Shown piece after piece: positions 10,077 to 19,457 of a stretch of 33,409 nt of DNA. The notes under the pieces were generated by a model. That model ran no database searches and was not told the origin of the DNA. It worked only from the letters and a program-made list of their open reading frames with translations. Both the position numbers and the translations under genes were made by a program. Each line of letters starts with the position of its first letter. The first letter of the stretch is position 1. The DNA is from Pseudomonadota bacterium (lineage in GTDB: Bacteria; Pseudomonadota; Gammaproteobacteria; Enterobacterales; Alteromonadaceae), in contig JAYZXK010000041.1 in assembly GCA_036141415.1 (NCBI GenBank), forward strand, positions 1 to 33,409, given 5' to 3'.

Positions 10077-10979
10077 TTATTCTGCAAGGCGAGCTTTAAG
10101 GTGAGCGCGCATGGGGGCCGGACTCAGGCTCCAGAGCGGATTTTCAAACGCCTGCATAATACCCGGGTTCTCCAGTTCGAAGATGGTGCGCGTCTCCTGG
10201 CTGACCAGTTCCAGGCCCCGGCGATGATTATCGTGTTTGTCAAAATAGCTTTTGAGCTCACCGCTATCCAACATTCTTAACAGCCCGGTATACAGCCGGT
10301 TTACCAGTTGGGGGTGTTTGGGTGAGACAAAAAAATATTCGTAACTCGGGTAGCGTAGCAGCACGTTATCCTCGAGTTTGACCGACTTGTCGGCGTGGCG
10401 TGCCAAATCGTTGGAAACTTCAATGACATTGCGCGGGAAATAATCGACCAGCCCTTTTTCTACCGCAATAAACATATTGGTAAACCACAGGCTCCATGGC
10501 AGCCCTTCAACCTTGTAACCATTGTGTTTGAGCACTTTTAAATCGGGCCAGTCGGCGCCCTGTACGCCGAGATATGACTGCAGCGTTGATTCAGTTACAT
10601 CCACCGGATAATTACCTTGTTTAAATTTGTGGATCACGAGCACACGGTATCCGGCCAGGCCCTGCAGCAATGGAAAACGAACCGTGAGTAACTGTTTTTC
10701 ACGTTCCGCTGATGTAGCACTCCACATAACATGGGCTTCGCCACTCTGAAGCTTAATGATCTGCCTTGCCTGAGGCATGGGCTGGGGATGTGGTTCTGCC
10801 ACTGCTACACCAAACTCTGGCGTTAATTCCAGTACCCGCCTTAGGATCTGCGCGTGATAATAGCCGTAGCCTTCGTCGGCAAAGGCACGCGTGAAAATCA
10901 CTTTTTCTGGCTCGTTATTAGCAAAGCCTGCCGGGCTGAATACCAGGGCGAGCAGGAATAAAAATGAAAAGGGTTTCAT
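10077..10979 (-). CDS. Orphan periplasmic solute-binding-like protein (PBP type II fold)
   Basis: Signal peptide MKPFSFLFLLALVFSPAGFA and motifs REKQLL, QGADWPD, VDYFPR and YFFVS typical of this family. No ABC permease or ATPase adjacent. ATG 10979 preferred over TTG 10988. Confidence 0.7.
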   Translation of the reverse strand: MKPFSFLFLLALVFSPAGFANNEPEKVIFTRAFADEGYGYYHAQILRRVLELTPEFGVAVAEPHPQPMPQARQIIKLQSGEAHVMWSATSAEREKQLLTVRFPLLQGLAGYRVLVIHKFKQGNYPVDVTESTLQSYLGVQGADWPDLKVLKHNGYKVEGLPWSLWFTNMFIAVEKGLVDYFPRNVIEVSNDLARHADKSVKLEDNVLLRYPSYEYFFVSPKHPQLVNRLYTGLLRMLDSGELKSYFDKHDNHRRGLELVSQETRTIFELENPGIMQAFENPLWSLSPAPMRAHLKARLAE

Positions 10980-11086
10980 AAACTGCAATATATGACTGAT
11001 TTCGTTATCAAGATTAGTCGACGAATAAAGCTTGCGCCAATTTAATTTTTTGCTTTATTAGGGGTATGCTTTTTGTGCAAATGCTG

Positions 11087-11100
11087 TATAATTCGCGCCC
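11087..11100 (+). promoter_or_regulatory. sigma70 -10 element with GC-rich discriminator for rplM-rpsI
   Basis: TATAAT (11087-11092) followed by TCGCGCCC, the pattern of stringently controlled r-protein promoters. The -35 element is not clear. Confidence 0.7.
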
Positions 11101-11250
11101 TGCCCAGTTACACCCACCTGTGGGAAGGTGGAAGAATCAATCGACTCGAAGGGGTCAGATAGTTGATTTTAGGTAGGTTTGAAACGTTGTTAATAAAACA
11201 ATAGCGGGTCATAACCAAAGTAACGACGAATTATTTCGGTGAATTTTAAA
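11101..11250 (+). promoter_or_regulatory. rplM 5' leader, probable L13 autogenous-control element
   Basis: ~150-nt UTR with hairpin GACTC-GAAG-GGGTC (11143-11156) and only a weak SD. L13 represses its own operon in E. coli; transfer to this organism is inference. Confidence 0.45.
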
Positions 11251-11679
11251 ATGAAAACTTTTGTTGCAAAGCCAGAAACGGTAGCCCGTGACTGGTATGT
11301 GGTAGACGCCACAGACAAAACTCTGGGTCGCTTGGCTTCTGAAATCGCACTGCGTTTACGTGGTAAGCATAAGCCTGAGTATACTCCTCACGTTGACACT
11401 GGTGATTACATTGTAGTTATCAACGCTGAGAAAATTACTGTAACTGGTAACAAAGCGCAGGGCAAAATGTACTACGCTCACACTGGTTATCCTGGTGGTC
11501 TTAAAGAGACTAACTTTGAGAAGCTGCTTGCTCACAAGCCAGAAATGGTTTTGGAAAAAGCAGTTAAGGGTATGTTGCCAAAAGGTCCTCTGGGCCGTGC
11601 AATGTTCCGTAAGCTTAAAGTTTACGCAGGTGCTGAACACAAGCACACTGCTCAACAGCCTCAAGTATTGGACATTTAA
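11251..11679 (+). CDS. rplM: 50S ribosomal protein L13
   Basis: [11 protein letters not shown]...WYVVDA...[18 protein letters not shown] at 11251 is the canonical start. Confidence 0.99.
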   Translation: MKTFVAKPETVARDWYVVDATDKTLGRLASEIALRLRGKHKPEYTPHVDTGDYIVVINAEKITVTGNKAQGKMYYAHTGYPGGLKETNFEKLLAHKPEMVLEKAVKGMLPKGPLGRAMFRKLKVYAGAEHKHTAQQPQVLDI

Positions 11680-11691
11680 GGAGCTTATCAC

Positions 11692-12084
11692 ATGGCAGAT
11701 ACTCAATATTACGGCACTGGCCGTCGCAAAAGTTCTACTGCTCGTGTATTCCTGCGTCCAGGTTCAGGAAACATCACAGTAAACTCACGTGCTCTTGACG
11801 AGTACTTTGGTCGTGAAACCGAGTGCATGGTTGTTCGTCAGCCACTGGAACTGGTAGAAATGACTGAAAAGTTTGACCTGTACATCACTGTTAAAGGTGG
11901 TGGTTCAAACGGTCAGGCTGGTGCAATCCGTCACGGTATTACCCGTGCACTGATGGAATATGACGAAGCACTTCGTCCGGCTCTGCGTAAAGCAGGCTTC
12001 GTTACTCGTGACGCACGTCGCGTTGAACGTAAGAAAGTGGGTCTTCATAAAGCACGTAAGAAACCACAATTCTCAAAACGTTAA
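11692..12084 (+). CDS. rpsI: 30S ribosomal protein S9
   Basis: [24 protein letters not shown] and C-terminal PQFSKR. SD AAGGAG. Confidence 0.99.
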   Translation: MADTQYYGTGRRKSSTARVFLRPGSGNITVNSRALDEYFGRETECMVVRQPLELVEMTEKFDLYITVKGGGSNGQAGAIRHGITRALMEYDEALRPALRKAGFVTRDARRVERKKVGLHKARKKPQFSKR

Positions 12085-12102
12085 TACGTTTTTACAGAAT
12101 GC

Positions 12103-12130
12103 AAAAACCCGGCGTATGCCGGGTTTTTTT
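12103..12130 (+). terminator. Rho-independent terminator of rplM-rpsI (probably bidirectional)
   Basis: AAAAACCCGGC-GTAT-GCCGGGTTTTTTT. Confidence 0.9.
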
Positions 12131-12251
12131 ATGTTAAGAATTAGAGAATTAGTGGTCGGGGCGTTATATCGTTGGTATTGGCTGTAACCGCAACGCTAAG
12201 TCGACTTTAGTCGTTAGCGGGTCAGCTCCGTTGCCCGCCGTTATCATCTTC

Positions 12252-13901
12252 TTAGCGTAAAGAGAAATACGCTGCATGTTTTTTCAATTCACTGGCCAGT
12301 TGCTTAAGGTTTTCGGCTGCGGCGTGGTTCTCGCTATGGAGTTGTTTTGATACGCCAGCCATTTGCGTTGCCGTGTCAATGACATCTTGCATGCTGGTGT
12401 TAAGGGCGTTCAGGGTTTCTATTTGTTGATGCGATGCGTCGGTAACCGTTCTTACATTGCTTAAGGAGTGTTGCGCCTGTTCTTCTATTTCCTGTAATAA
12501 TTGTCCTGACCTGTCTGACAGTTCTATTCCCCGTTCTACCTGAGGAATACTTGATGACATAATTTCCATGGTTGTTGAAGTTTCAGTTTGGACCTGATTG
12601 AGCATGGTAGCAATCTCGGCCGTCGCTTCACCTGTTCTGGAAGCCAGGCTTCTTACTTCATCTGCTACAACCGCAAAGCCTCGACCAGATTCACCGGCTC
12701 TGGCTGCTTCAATGGCAGCATTAAGGGCCAGTAGATTGGTTTGTTCGGAAATGGCGCTGATTGTACTTGTGATCCCGCTTATTTCTTGAGTGCGTTTTTC
12801 CAGTTTTTGAATGTTGCGAACAGCCGCATTAACCGTTTCGGAAATGTTTTTAATTTCTTGTGTTGCTTGTGTAACGGCATGATTTCCTTCGCTAGCGGTT
12901 TGAGCAGCCTGGGAAGAAATGGTGTTGGTTTCTGAAATCAGCTGACTTACCGTATTTGCCTGACTGCGAACCCCTTCCATATGCTGTGATGCAAGCCGGC
13001 TCAGTGTGGTTTGTTTGGATGACAACTCATCCAGATTCGCACCCTGAGTATCGTCCTGTTTGGTACTAACACTAATGTTATCCGCTGCCTGCGTAATACC
13101 CAGAATAGTATTTTTTAGCTGAGTTTGTAATTTACTTAGCGAGCTCAGGACACTGTTGGGATAATTGTCAGAAACCGAGATCCCAATTTGTCCGTCGGCC
13201 ATTTTTTGAAGAATATGAGCGATGTTACCGGGCTCGCCGCCAAGTTGTCTTTTAAATTGTGTTACTAACCAAATCATCACCGCCAGACTAAGCAAAACGG
13301 CGGCCGCCGTTGAAGTTAGCATTATGCCGCGAAAAGAGCCCGCTTCATTACGAACAGCCTGGGTTTCTGCGGTATTCTGAGCCTCTTCATAATCAATAAA
13401 AGCATTGATCGCAGCAAGCCAGTCGATGAAAGCTGGTTTGGCTTTCATCAGTAACAACGATTTTGCCTGGTTAAGGTTACCAGCTAACCTTTGCTTAATA
13501 ATTTCGTCTACCAAGGGCAGAGTGCGTGCTTCGATCTGTTGAATTTTGTTGAGCATGTTACGTTCAGAAGAATCACTATGCTTGGCCATCATAGCATTCA
13601 TGGGGCCTGCAGAATTGCTGTAGAATTCCTCTAAACTGCGAATATCTGCAATGCTTTTTTCAATTTCATTCATGTTGTCCTGAAGGACGACATCACGTAT
13701 GGCAATGGCGCGATCGTGTACTGATCCTCTGAAATTAATAGCATAACGTTGTTTAACGCTGTTAACGTCATTGATCAGTGTCATGGTTGAGTCGATCGTT
13801 TCCACTTTGCCGATACCCACTATAGTTACCAGGACTAACAGTGAAATAACTAAACTGAAGCCGATAAACAGTCGGTGGCTCACTTTTAGATTTTGTAGCA
13901 T
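12252..13901 (-). CDS. Methyl-accepting chemotaxis protein with four-helix-bundle-type periplasmic sensor
   Basis: Two TM helices flank a helical periplasmic domain. Signalling tip [35 protein letters not shown]. Confidence 0.95.
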   Translation of the reverse strand: MLQNLKVSHRLFIGFSLVISLLVLVTIVGIGKVETIDSTMTLINDVNSVKQRYAINFRGSVHDRAIAIRDVVLQDNMNEIEKSIADIRSLEEFYSNSAGPMNAMMAKHSDSSERNMLNKIQQIEARTLPLVDEIIKQRLAGNLNQAKSLLLMKAKPAFIDWLAAINAFIDYEEAQNTAETQAVRNEAGSFRGIMLTSTAAAVLLSLAVMIWLVTQFKRQLGGEPGNIAHILQKMADGQIGISVSDNYPNSVLSSLSKLQTQLKNTILGITQAADNISVSTKQDDTQGANLDELSSKQTTLSRLASQHMEGVRSQANTVSQLISETNTISSQAAQTASEGNHAVTQATQEIKNISETVNAAVRNIQKLEKRTQEISGITSTISAISEQTNLLALNAAIEAARAGESGRGFAVVADEVRSLASRTGEATAEIATMLNQVQTETSTTMEIMSSSIPQVERGIELSDRSGQLLQEIEEQAQHSLSNVRTVTDASHQQIETLNALNTSMQDVIDTATQMAGVSKQLHSENHAAAENLKQLASELKKHAAYFSLR

Positions 13902-14038
13902 TTACTATCTCCGTTTCAACTTAACAGCGCAGTTTGATCAGAAATTAAGTTTGATTGACCCAGGTGTCCGGGATTAACTTTGTTTGTCATCCCCTGATTC
14001 AGGCTTTACGCAACAACGACTCGTCACGCGCAATGAAT

Positions 14039-14065
14039 ATATCGGTGAGCTGATTCAAAACTTCA
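14039..14065 (-). promoter_or_regulatory. sigma28 (FliA) promoter of the chemoreceptor
   Basis: The minus strand reads TGAAGTTT-N11-ACCGATAT against consensus TAAAGTTT-N11-GCCGATAA. Exact spacing, and oriented toward the MCP gene. Confidence 0.75.
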
Positions 14066-14643
14066 CAAAAAATGTCACCTGATTCAACGTTGTTATTCAA
14101 AGGTAGCAGGTTTACTACGGTTTTAAACATTATTCACCAATGACGGTGCATTTTATGCACAATACGCAATAGTTAAGCCGTGGATTCTCTATAAGCTATA
14201 CTTAACCTATTTATTCAAAAAGAGAATTTCAGTGAAGAGTATGGAGCGAGTGTGACCGAGAAAGTGCTAAAAGGCATCGTGAATGTAGCCTTAAGCATTA
14301 TCCCGTTGGCAAGCGATGGACGAGTGCTGGTCGGATATTGAAAATAAGATGTAAAAAATCTGTTTATCAACTTTAACAGGGCTAATACTTTTGTCTCAAG
14401 CCGCTGACAGATGCTGATTTGGCGCAAATATTTATCCAGTTAATTCCAGTAATTCCTTGTGTTTTGAGGGGGTTTTCTTTTATCATTTTCGGTCGAAAAT
14501 TATGACAATCTTTCGTGCTAAATCGCCACCTTGCCGAAATGCGCTGGCGATACGGACACGACAAGTTTAATGGAAGCCTGTCAATTCCGCCTGCGGCGGT
14601 GGTTTGCGGGCTTTCATATTATCCAAAACCTGGAGAAAAGTGG

Positions 14644-15276
14644 ATGAGCAATGTATCTGTAGATGCAAAAGAGTCTGCGCTGAGTGATAACAAACCGCAA
14701 GATAATCCGCGTCGTCGGTTTTTAACCGTTGCGACATCGGTTGTTGGTGGTGTGGGTGTAGTAGGTGCAGCTGTACCTTTCGTTGCGTCCTGGAATCCGA
14801 GTGCAAAAGCGAAAGCGGCCGGTGCTGATGTAGAAGTTGATATCAGCGCAATCGAACCTGGCCAGCTGATTCGTGTTATGTGGCGAAGCAAGCCGGTATG
14901 GATCGTACGCCGTACGCCTGAAATCCTGGCAGAACTAGGTCAACACGAAGACCAGCTACGTGACCCAAACTCTGAAAATGAGCAACAACCTGCATTTGCG
15001 CAGAACCAGTACCGCTCAATGAAAGAGGAATACCTCATCCTGGTAGGTATTTGTACGCATCTTGGTTGCTCTCCACAACACATGAAAGACGGTGCGTTTG
15101 AAGAATACGTTGAAGGCGTACCAGAAGGCTTCTTCTGCCCGTGTCACGGTTCTAAATTCGATATGGCCGGCCGCGTTTTCCAAAACGTACCTGCGCCATT
15201 AAATCTGGTTGTTCCACCGTATCAGTTTGTTGACGACACAACAGTGATCATTGGTTCAGAAGCGGAGGTTGCGTAA
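14644..15276 (+). CDS. petA: Ubiquinol-cytochrome c reductase Rieske Fe-S subunit
   Basis: Tat motif RRRFL, boxes CTHLGC and CPCHGS. ATG 14644 follows SD GGAG; the ORF-track start at 14515 is over-extended. Confidence 0.96.
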   Translation: MSNVSVDAKESALSDNKPQDNPRRRFLTVATSVVGGVGVVGAAVPFVASWNPSAKAKAAGADVEVDISAIEPGQLIRVMWRSKPVWIVRRTPEILAELGQHEDQLRDPNSENEQQPAFAQNQYRSMKEEYLILVGICTHLGCSPQHMKDGAFEEYVEGVPEGFFCPCHGSKFDMAGRVFQNVPAPLNLVVPPYQFVDDTTVIIGSEAEVA

Positions 15277-15277
15277 C

Positions 15278-16543
15278 ATGCAAGCATTTCTAGCCTGGAT
15301 TGAAGCACGTATCCCAATGATGCGTGTGGCCAACATGCACGCTATCCAGTATCCGGCACCACGTAACATGAACTTCTGGTACGTGTTCGGATTTCTGGCC
15401 ACCATTGTATTAGTAAACCAAATCGTAACCGGTATCTGGTTAACCATGAACTTCAACCCAACTGCTGAAGGCGCCTTCGCATCGGTTGAATACATCATGC
15501 GTGAAATCGACTACGGATGGATCATCCGCTACATGCACAGTACCGGCGCGTCAGCGTTCTTTATCGTGGTATACATGCACATGTTCCGCGGTATGATTTA
15601 CGGTTCTTACCAGAAGCCACGCGAGCTGCTGTGGATTTTCGGTATGCTGATTTACCTGGCTCTGATGGCCGAAGCCTTCATGGGTTACGTATTGCCATGG
15701 GGTCAGATGTCTTACTGGGGTGCACAGGTAATCGTATCACTGTTTAGTGCCATTCCGGTGATTGGTCCGGACTTAGTGCAGTGGATCCAGGGTGACTACG
15801 TTATCTCTGGTGCGACGCTTAACCGTTTCTTTGCGTTACACGTTATCGCACTGCCACTGGTTATTGTTATCTTAGTGTTCCTGCACATCATTGCACTGCA
15901 CGAAGTGGGTTCTAACAACCCTGACGGCGTGGCCATCAAGCACAAAAAAGGCAGCCTGTCTGAAGATGAGAAAACCAAGTTTGAAATTCACGAGTACTAC
16001 ACCAGCAAATACGACATTGCTGATGACATCGTGCCGTTCTTTCCGCACATCGTACTGAAAGACCTGGTAGCGTTCTGTATCTTCCTGGCAGCATTTACTT
16101 ACATCATGTTCTTTGCGCCGGAAATGGGCGGTAAATTCCTGGAGCATCCAAACTTTGAAATTGCTAACCCGCTGAAAACGCCTGAGCATATTTTCCCTGT
16201 TTGGTACTTCACACCGTTCTACGCGATTCTGAAAGCGGTTCCGGATAAGCTGTTTGGGGTTATCGCGATGTTTGGTGCGATTATCTTCCTGTTCCTGTTA
16301 CCTTGGTTCGACCGCGGTACCGTTAAGTCATGGCGCTATCGCAGCGGTCTGCATAAGCTCAACCTGCTGGTATTTGCCGGTGTGTTTATTTTCTTAGGTT
16401 ACTTAGGCGGTACGCCTCAGGAAAACTGGAAAATTACTGCGTCGCAAATCTTAACGGTGATGTATTTCGGTTTCTTCATCCTGCTGTTTATCTACAGTAA
16501 AAATGAAACAACTAAGCCTGTACCAGCGAGGATCCCTAAATGA
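15278..16543 (+). CDS. petB: Cytochrome b of the bc1 complex
   Basis: RYMHSTGAS, MHMFRG, PWGQMSYWG, RFFALHVI, FLHIIALH and PVWY (PEWY equivalent). ATG 15278 follows GGAGG. Confidence 0.97.
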   Translation: MQAFLAWIEARIPMMRVANMHAIQYPAPRNMNFWYVFGFLATIVLVNQIVTGIWLTMNFNPTAEGAFASVEYIMREIDYGWIIRYMHSTGASAFFIVVYMHMFRGMIYGSYQKPRELLWIFGMLIYLALMAEAFMGYVLPWGQMSYWGAQVIVSLFSAIPVIGPDLVQWIQGDYVISGATLNRFFALHVIALPLVIVILVFLHIIALHEVGSNNPDGVAIKHKKGSLSEDEKTKFEIHEYYTSKYDIADDIVPFFPHIVLKDLVAFCIFLAAFTYIMFFAPEMGGKFLEHPNFEIANPLKTPEHIFPVWYFTPFYAILKAVPDKLFGVIAMFGAIIFLFLLPWFDRGTVKSWRYRSGLHKLNLLVFAGVFIFLGYLGGTPQENWKITASQILTVMYFGFFILLFIYSKNETTKPVPARIPK

Positions 16544-17274
16544 GAAAACTAATTTGTGTACTGGCGTTGCTGTTGCCTGGGGTGGCTCTGGCCGCTGGCG
16601 GCAACGTCCACCTCGACAAAGCTAACTACGATTTGAGCGACAAAGCGTCGTTGCAACGTGGGGCGAAATTGTTCATGAACTACTGCCTTGGCTGTCACGG
16701 CCAGCAGTATCAGCGCTACCAGCGTACGTTCAACGATCTGGGCATTCCGGAAGAACTGGCGGAAGAAAACCTGCAGTTTACCGGTGAAAAAATCTCAGAC
16801 TATATTGAGCGCTCTATGCCAGCAGAATCTGCAGCTCAGTGGTTTGGTGCGGCGCCGCCGGATCTGACTCTGGTTGCCCGTGTTCGTGGTGCTGACTGGA
16901 TTTACACTTACCTGCGTTCTTTCTACGTGGATGAGTCGCGTCCGTTTGGTGTTAACAACACGGTATTCCCTGAAGTCGGTATGCCACACGTGCTGCAACC
17001 ACTGCAAGGTACGCCGCGCATGGTTGAAGAAGAAGCACTGGTAGATGGTGAGACAGTGATGCGTCATGCCGGTATCAAAACCGATGGTGACGGTGCGCTG
17101 ACCACCGCAGAGTACGACCAGGCAATTCTGGATCTGGTTAACTACCTGGAATACACCGGCGAACCGTTCCGTCTGGAGTCAGAATCCATTGGTAAATGGG
17201 TACTGATTTTCATCCTGGTACTGTTTATATTTGTGTTCATGCTTAAGAAAGAATTCTGGCGAGACGTTCACTAA
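16540..17274 (+). CDS. petC: Cytochrome c1
   Basis: Signal peptide, CLGCH heme motif, PPDL, GMPHVL and a C-terminal TM anchor. Confidence 0.96.
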   Translation: MRKLICVLALLLPGVALAAGGNVHLDKANYDLSDKASLQRGAKLFMNYCLGCHGQQYQRYQRTFNDLGIPEELAEENLQFTGEKISDYIERSMPAESAAQWFGAAPPDLTLVARVRGADWIYTYLRSFYVDESRPFGVNNTVFPEVGMPHVLQPLQGTPRMVEEEALVDGETVMRHAGIKTDGDGALTTAEYDQAILDLVNYLEYTGEPFRLESESIGKWVLIFILVLFIFVFMLKKEFWRDVH

Positions 17275-17304
17275 TCGTCAGGGTTTTATAGTATAATAAA
17301 TGAC

Positions 17305-17329
17305 AGGGGGCTTCTCGCCCCCTTTTTTT
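17305..17329 (+). terminator. Rho-independent terminator after petABC
   Basis: AGGGGGC-TTCTC-GCCCCCT followed by a T run. Confidence 0.85.
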
Positions 17330-17394
17330 AGTTTATGTTGGCCGCAAAATAGCGTTCAACCATGCTCGATTTAATGTATCTCGGAGGAGAATGA

Positions 17395-18027
17395 ATGGCC
17401 GTAGCCGCGAATAAGCGTTCAATCATGACGTTGTTCTCAGACACGATTGACATCTATAGTCATCAGGTTCGTATTGTATTGGCCGAAAAAGGCGTTGGCG
17501 TTGAGATCAGCTACACTGATCCCACTAAACTGCCAGAAGACCTGATGGAGCTGAACCCCTATGGAACAGTGCCCACTTTGGTTGATCGTGAATTAGTGCT
17601 GTATAAGTCTCACATCATCATGGAATACCTTGATGAGCGTTTTCCTCATCCGCCACTGATGCCTGTTTATCCGGTATCCCGTGGTCAGAGCCGCCTGATG
17701 ATGCACCGCATCGAGCAGGACTGGTATAGCCTGGCAGCACAAATCTTCCGTGGCGAAGGTGATGTGGAAACTGCCCGTAATGATTTACGCGAAGCGCTGT
17801 TAAGCCTGGCGCCGGTGTTTGCCGAAATGCCTTACTTCATGAGCGAAGAGTTCAGTCTGGTAGATTGTTACCTGGCGCCGCTGTTATGGCGTTTACCTGC
17901 GCTTGGCATTGAGCTTAACGGTGGTGGTGCAAAAGACATTCATGCGTACATGAACCGTATCTTCTCAAGAAGTTCGTTTAAAGCGTCGCTGACGGACCAA
18001 GAACGCGAAATTCATAACCCGTTATGA
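17395..18027 (+). CDS. sspA: Stringent starvation protein A
   Basis: MAVAANKRS, SHQVRIVLAEKGV and YLDERFPHPPLMPVYP. Confidence 0.98.
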   Translation: MAVAANKRSIMTLFSDTIDIYSHQVRIVLAEKGVGVEISYTDPTKLPEDLMELNPYGTVPTLVDRELVLYKSHIIMEYLDERFPHPPLMPVYPVSRGQSRLMMHRIEQDWYSLAAQIFRGEGDVETARNDLREALLSLAPVFAEMPYFMSEEFSLVDCYLAPLLWRLPALGIELNGGGAKDIHAYMNRIFSRSSFKASLTDQEREIHNPL

Positions 18028-18467
18028 GTCAAATGACCTCCAACCAACCGTATTTGTTAAGAGCGTTTTACGACTGGATTGTTGATAACGATCTCACGCC
18101 CTACATTGTTGTAGACGCCACAAATAATCTGGTTGATGTGCCGCAGGAATTTGTTAAAGACGGTCAGATTGTACTAAACATCTCGCCGTCTGCCTGTGTT
18201 AATTTCTATCTGGATAAAGATGGCGTGTCATTTCAGGCCCGATTCAGCGGTCAGCCGCGCAGCCTTAGCATGCCATGCGAGGCGGTACTGGCAATCTATG
18301 CGCGCGAAAATGGCGCCGGTACGGTATTTGCCCCTGAGGGCATGCCGGCTGACGAGGCCGAAGCAGACACCGCCCCGGTTCTGGAAGAAGCCAAAACAGA
18401 TAATGAGGTACCGCCTCAGACGCCACCAAAACCTCGTGGTAAACCTAATCTGAAGGTCATTAAATAG
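18024..18467 (+). CDS. sspB: ClpXP adaptor SspB
   Basis: PYLLRAFYDWIVDN, AIYARENGAG, an acidic linker and C-terminal ClpX-binding tail PNLKVIK. Confidence 0.97.
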   Translation: MSQMTSNQPYLLRAFYDWIVDNDLTPYIVVDATNNLVDVPQEFVKDGQIVLNISPSACVNFYLDKDGVSFQARFSGQPRSLSMPCEAVLAIYARENGAGTVFAPEGMPADEAEADTAPVLEEAKTDNEVPPQTPPKPRGKPNLKVIK

Positions 18468-18490
18468 TCTGGCGCGAATAGTTAATCAGT

Positions 18491-18518
18491 AAAAACCGGT
18501 TTAATCGCCGGTTTTTTT
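18491..18518 (+). terminator. Rho-independent terminator after sspAB
   Basis: AAAAACCGGT-TTAATC-GCCGGTTTTTTT. Confidence 0.85.
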
Positions 18519-18528
18519 ATGCCTGAAA

Positions 18529-18563
18529 TTTGTGATTTTTCTGTGAAACTTTTGCGAACTTTG
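18529..18563 (+). promoter_or_regulatory. Three direct repeats with 11-bp period, candidate OmpR/PhoB-family operator
   Basis: TGTGA at 18531, TGTGA at 18542 and TGCGA at 18553, in T-rich context upstream of the spondin-like genes. Confidence 0.5.
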
Positions 18564-18735
18564 TCGGCCATGCTTAGTGCCATGAAGAGCGGTTAATAGC
18601 ACGTGCAAACGAGCCGCCGGTTTTCAGTCACGTTAACAGTATGTACTTCGGTATCTCACGGTGTGTCTGCAATAACTAACAAAGATCGAACCTGAGATCG
18701 AAGCCAAACAATGACTAAGCGCAAAAGGAATCTTT

Positions 18736-19449
18736 ATGAAACTAAAGCAACTGACACCTTTAATGGTCGCCACCGGCCTGACTGCAATGAGCGGGTTTGT
18801 GCAGGCCGCCGAGCTTGAGATTACCGTACAAAACCTCACTCGTGGCATTTATTTTACGCCCATTTTAATTACGGCTCACAGCCCGGATCAGCAGCTTTTC
18901 AATGTGGGTGAAGCTGCCAGCACAGAGCTGCAAGCGATGGCCGAAGGCGGCGATATTGCCGGACTTGAAATGGCCGTCGATGCATTAAGTGCCGACACCG
19001 TGGCCAACCCTGCAGAAGGTTTATTAATGCCTACCGCAGCAACCACAACCATGTTATCCACCTCGGATGGCAATACCGCACTATCCATTGTTGCTATGAT
19101 GCTGCCGACCAATGACGGCTTCATTGGCCTCAATAGCTGGATGATCCCTGAAGAGCCGGGTTCTTATACGATGTATCTTAATGCTTATGATGCTGGCACT
19201 GAAGCCAACGACGAAATTCGTGGTGGAGGCGCGCCTGGCGCACCGGGTTTACCTGTTCCACCGCCACTTGAGGAGCTGGTGGGCAACGGTGGCAGTGGCG
19301 TCACCAGCGAAATTACCAATGCCACGGTTCATATTCACCCGGGCAACCTTGGTGATAATGATGCCGAGGCGGGCATGTCTGATATTTCTAATACTGTCCA
19401 GCGCTGGTTAAATCCTGTTGCCATGGTCACCGTTACAGTATCTGAGTAG
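18736..19449 (+). CDS. Exported Spondin_N-like domain protein (Sec signal peptide)
   Basis: Signal peptide ending VQA-A. Motifs FTP, AMAEGG, MMLPTNDGF and YDAGTEAN resemble the F-spondin/mindin FS domain. Confidence 0.75.
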   Translation: MKLKQLTPLMVATGLTAMSGFVQAAELEITVQNLTRGIYFTPILITAHSPDQQLFNVGEAASTELQAMAEGGDIAGLEMAVDALSADTVANPAEGLLMPTAATTTMLSTSDGNTALSIVAMMLPTNDGFIGLNSWMIPEEPGSYTMYLNAYDAGTEANDEIRGGGAPGAPGLPVPPPLEELVGNGGSGVTSEITNATVHIHPGNLGDNDAEAGMSDISNTVQRWLNPVAMVTVTVSE

Positions 19450-19457
19450 GAGGTCCC

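Noticed and set aside
13902-14035. c-di-GMP riboswitch in the MCP leader
   Set aside because: I could not find the GEMM P1/P2 architecture by eye. An Rfam scan would settle it.
14515-14643. N-terminal extension of PetA (likewise the longer ORF-track starts for rplM, petB, mazG and the peptidase)
   Set aside because: Downstream ATGs give canonical N-termini and, in most cases, better SD sequences.
15920-16040. Charged insertion in cytochrome b and PVWY in place of PEWY
   Set aside because: PVWY is a known gammaproteobacterial variant, and the loop insertion is in frame with no sign of an intron or intein.
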